Origin: Candidatus Saccharimonadota bacterium
GTDB lineage: Bacteria; Pseudomonadota; Gammaproteobacteria; Enterobacterales; Enterobacteriaceae
Length of the DNA stretch: 5,626 nt
Assembly: GCA_002688505.1 (NCBI GenBank)
Contig: CP024013.1
Span: forward strand, 265,550-271,175
Reading direction: 5' to 3'
Shown here: positions 5,625 through 5,626 of the stretch, one piece after another
Numbering within the stretch: the first letter of the stretch is position 1
Layout of the letters: every line of letters begins with the position of its first letter
Made by a program: the position numbers and the translations under genes
The notes under the pieces: model-generated
Told to the model about the DNA's origin: nothing
Database searches by the model: none
What the model saw: the letters and a program-made list of their open reading frames with translations, nothing else

Positions 5625-5626
5625 AA
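5550..5626. repeat. Terminal direct repeat, copy 2 (circular-assembly overlap)
   Basis: Identical to 1..77. Removing one copy gives a 5549-bp circle. Confidence 0.93.

Noticed and set aside
1-5626. Mollicute (Mycoplasma/Spiroplasma) or mitochondrial origin, suggested by code 4 and the AT-richness
   Set aside because: The proteins look proteobacterial: PehA-like polygalacturonase collinear with the Pectobacterium enzyme, a RepA_C initiator, and a UraA-like permease collinear with the E. coli protein. There is also a Sec signal with conserved periplasmic disulfide cysteines. A reduced gammaproteobacterial symbiont fits better. This still needs a BLAST or phylogeny check.
1-5626. tRNA, rRNA, CRISPR array, IS/transposase, integrase, toxin-antitoxin or mobilisation genes
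   Set aside because: None seen. The three spacers show no cloverleaf-compatible or repeat-spacer structure, and no additional long open frame exists on either strand under code 4 beyond the four genes.

Overview
The window is a complete circular replicon written with an overlap. Bases 1..77 are identical to 5550..5626, so the unit length is 5549 bp. It is extremely AT-rich and only reads sensibly with TGA=Trp (translation table 4): 19 in-frame TGA codons against one TGG. Under that code, four genes fill about 89% of the circle. (1) A RepA_C-type plasmid replication initiator (1376..2245, +). (2) A Pectobacterium PehA-like GH28 endo-polygalacturonase with a Sec signal peptide (2639..3904, +). 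(3) A PL4 rhamnogalacturonan lyase with no signal peptide (3972..5624, +). (4) A UraA-like NCS2 nucleobase permease on the minus strand (60..1247), in the most AT-rich part of the window. The non-coding DNA is three spacers. A 128-bp divergent region lies between the permease and repA. A 393-bp region after repA carries a T13 tract and four tandem TATTATATAYATGT-like repeats and is the candidate origin. A 67-bp spacer between the pectinase genes is dominated by a perfect 40-bp palindrome. The best interpretation is a minimal pectin-digesting plasmid from a genome-reduced, code-4 gammaproteobacterial insect symbiont. From memory it resembles what has been described for the tortoise-beetle symbiont Candidatus Stammera capleta, so it may not be new. 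All homology statements come from motif recognition and recalled reference sequences, not from searches.
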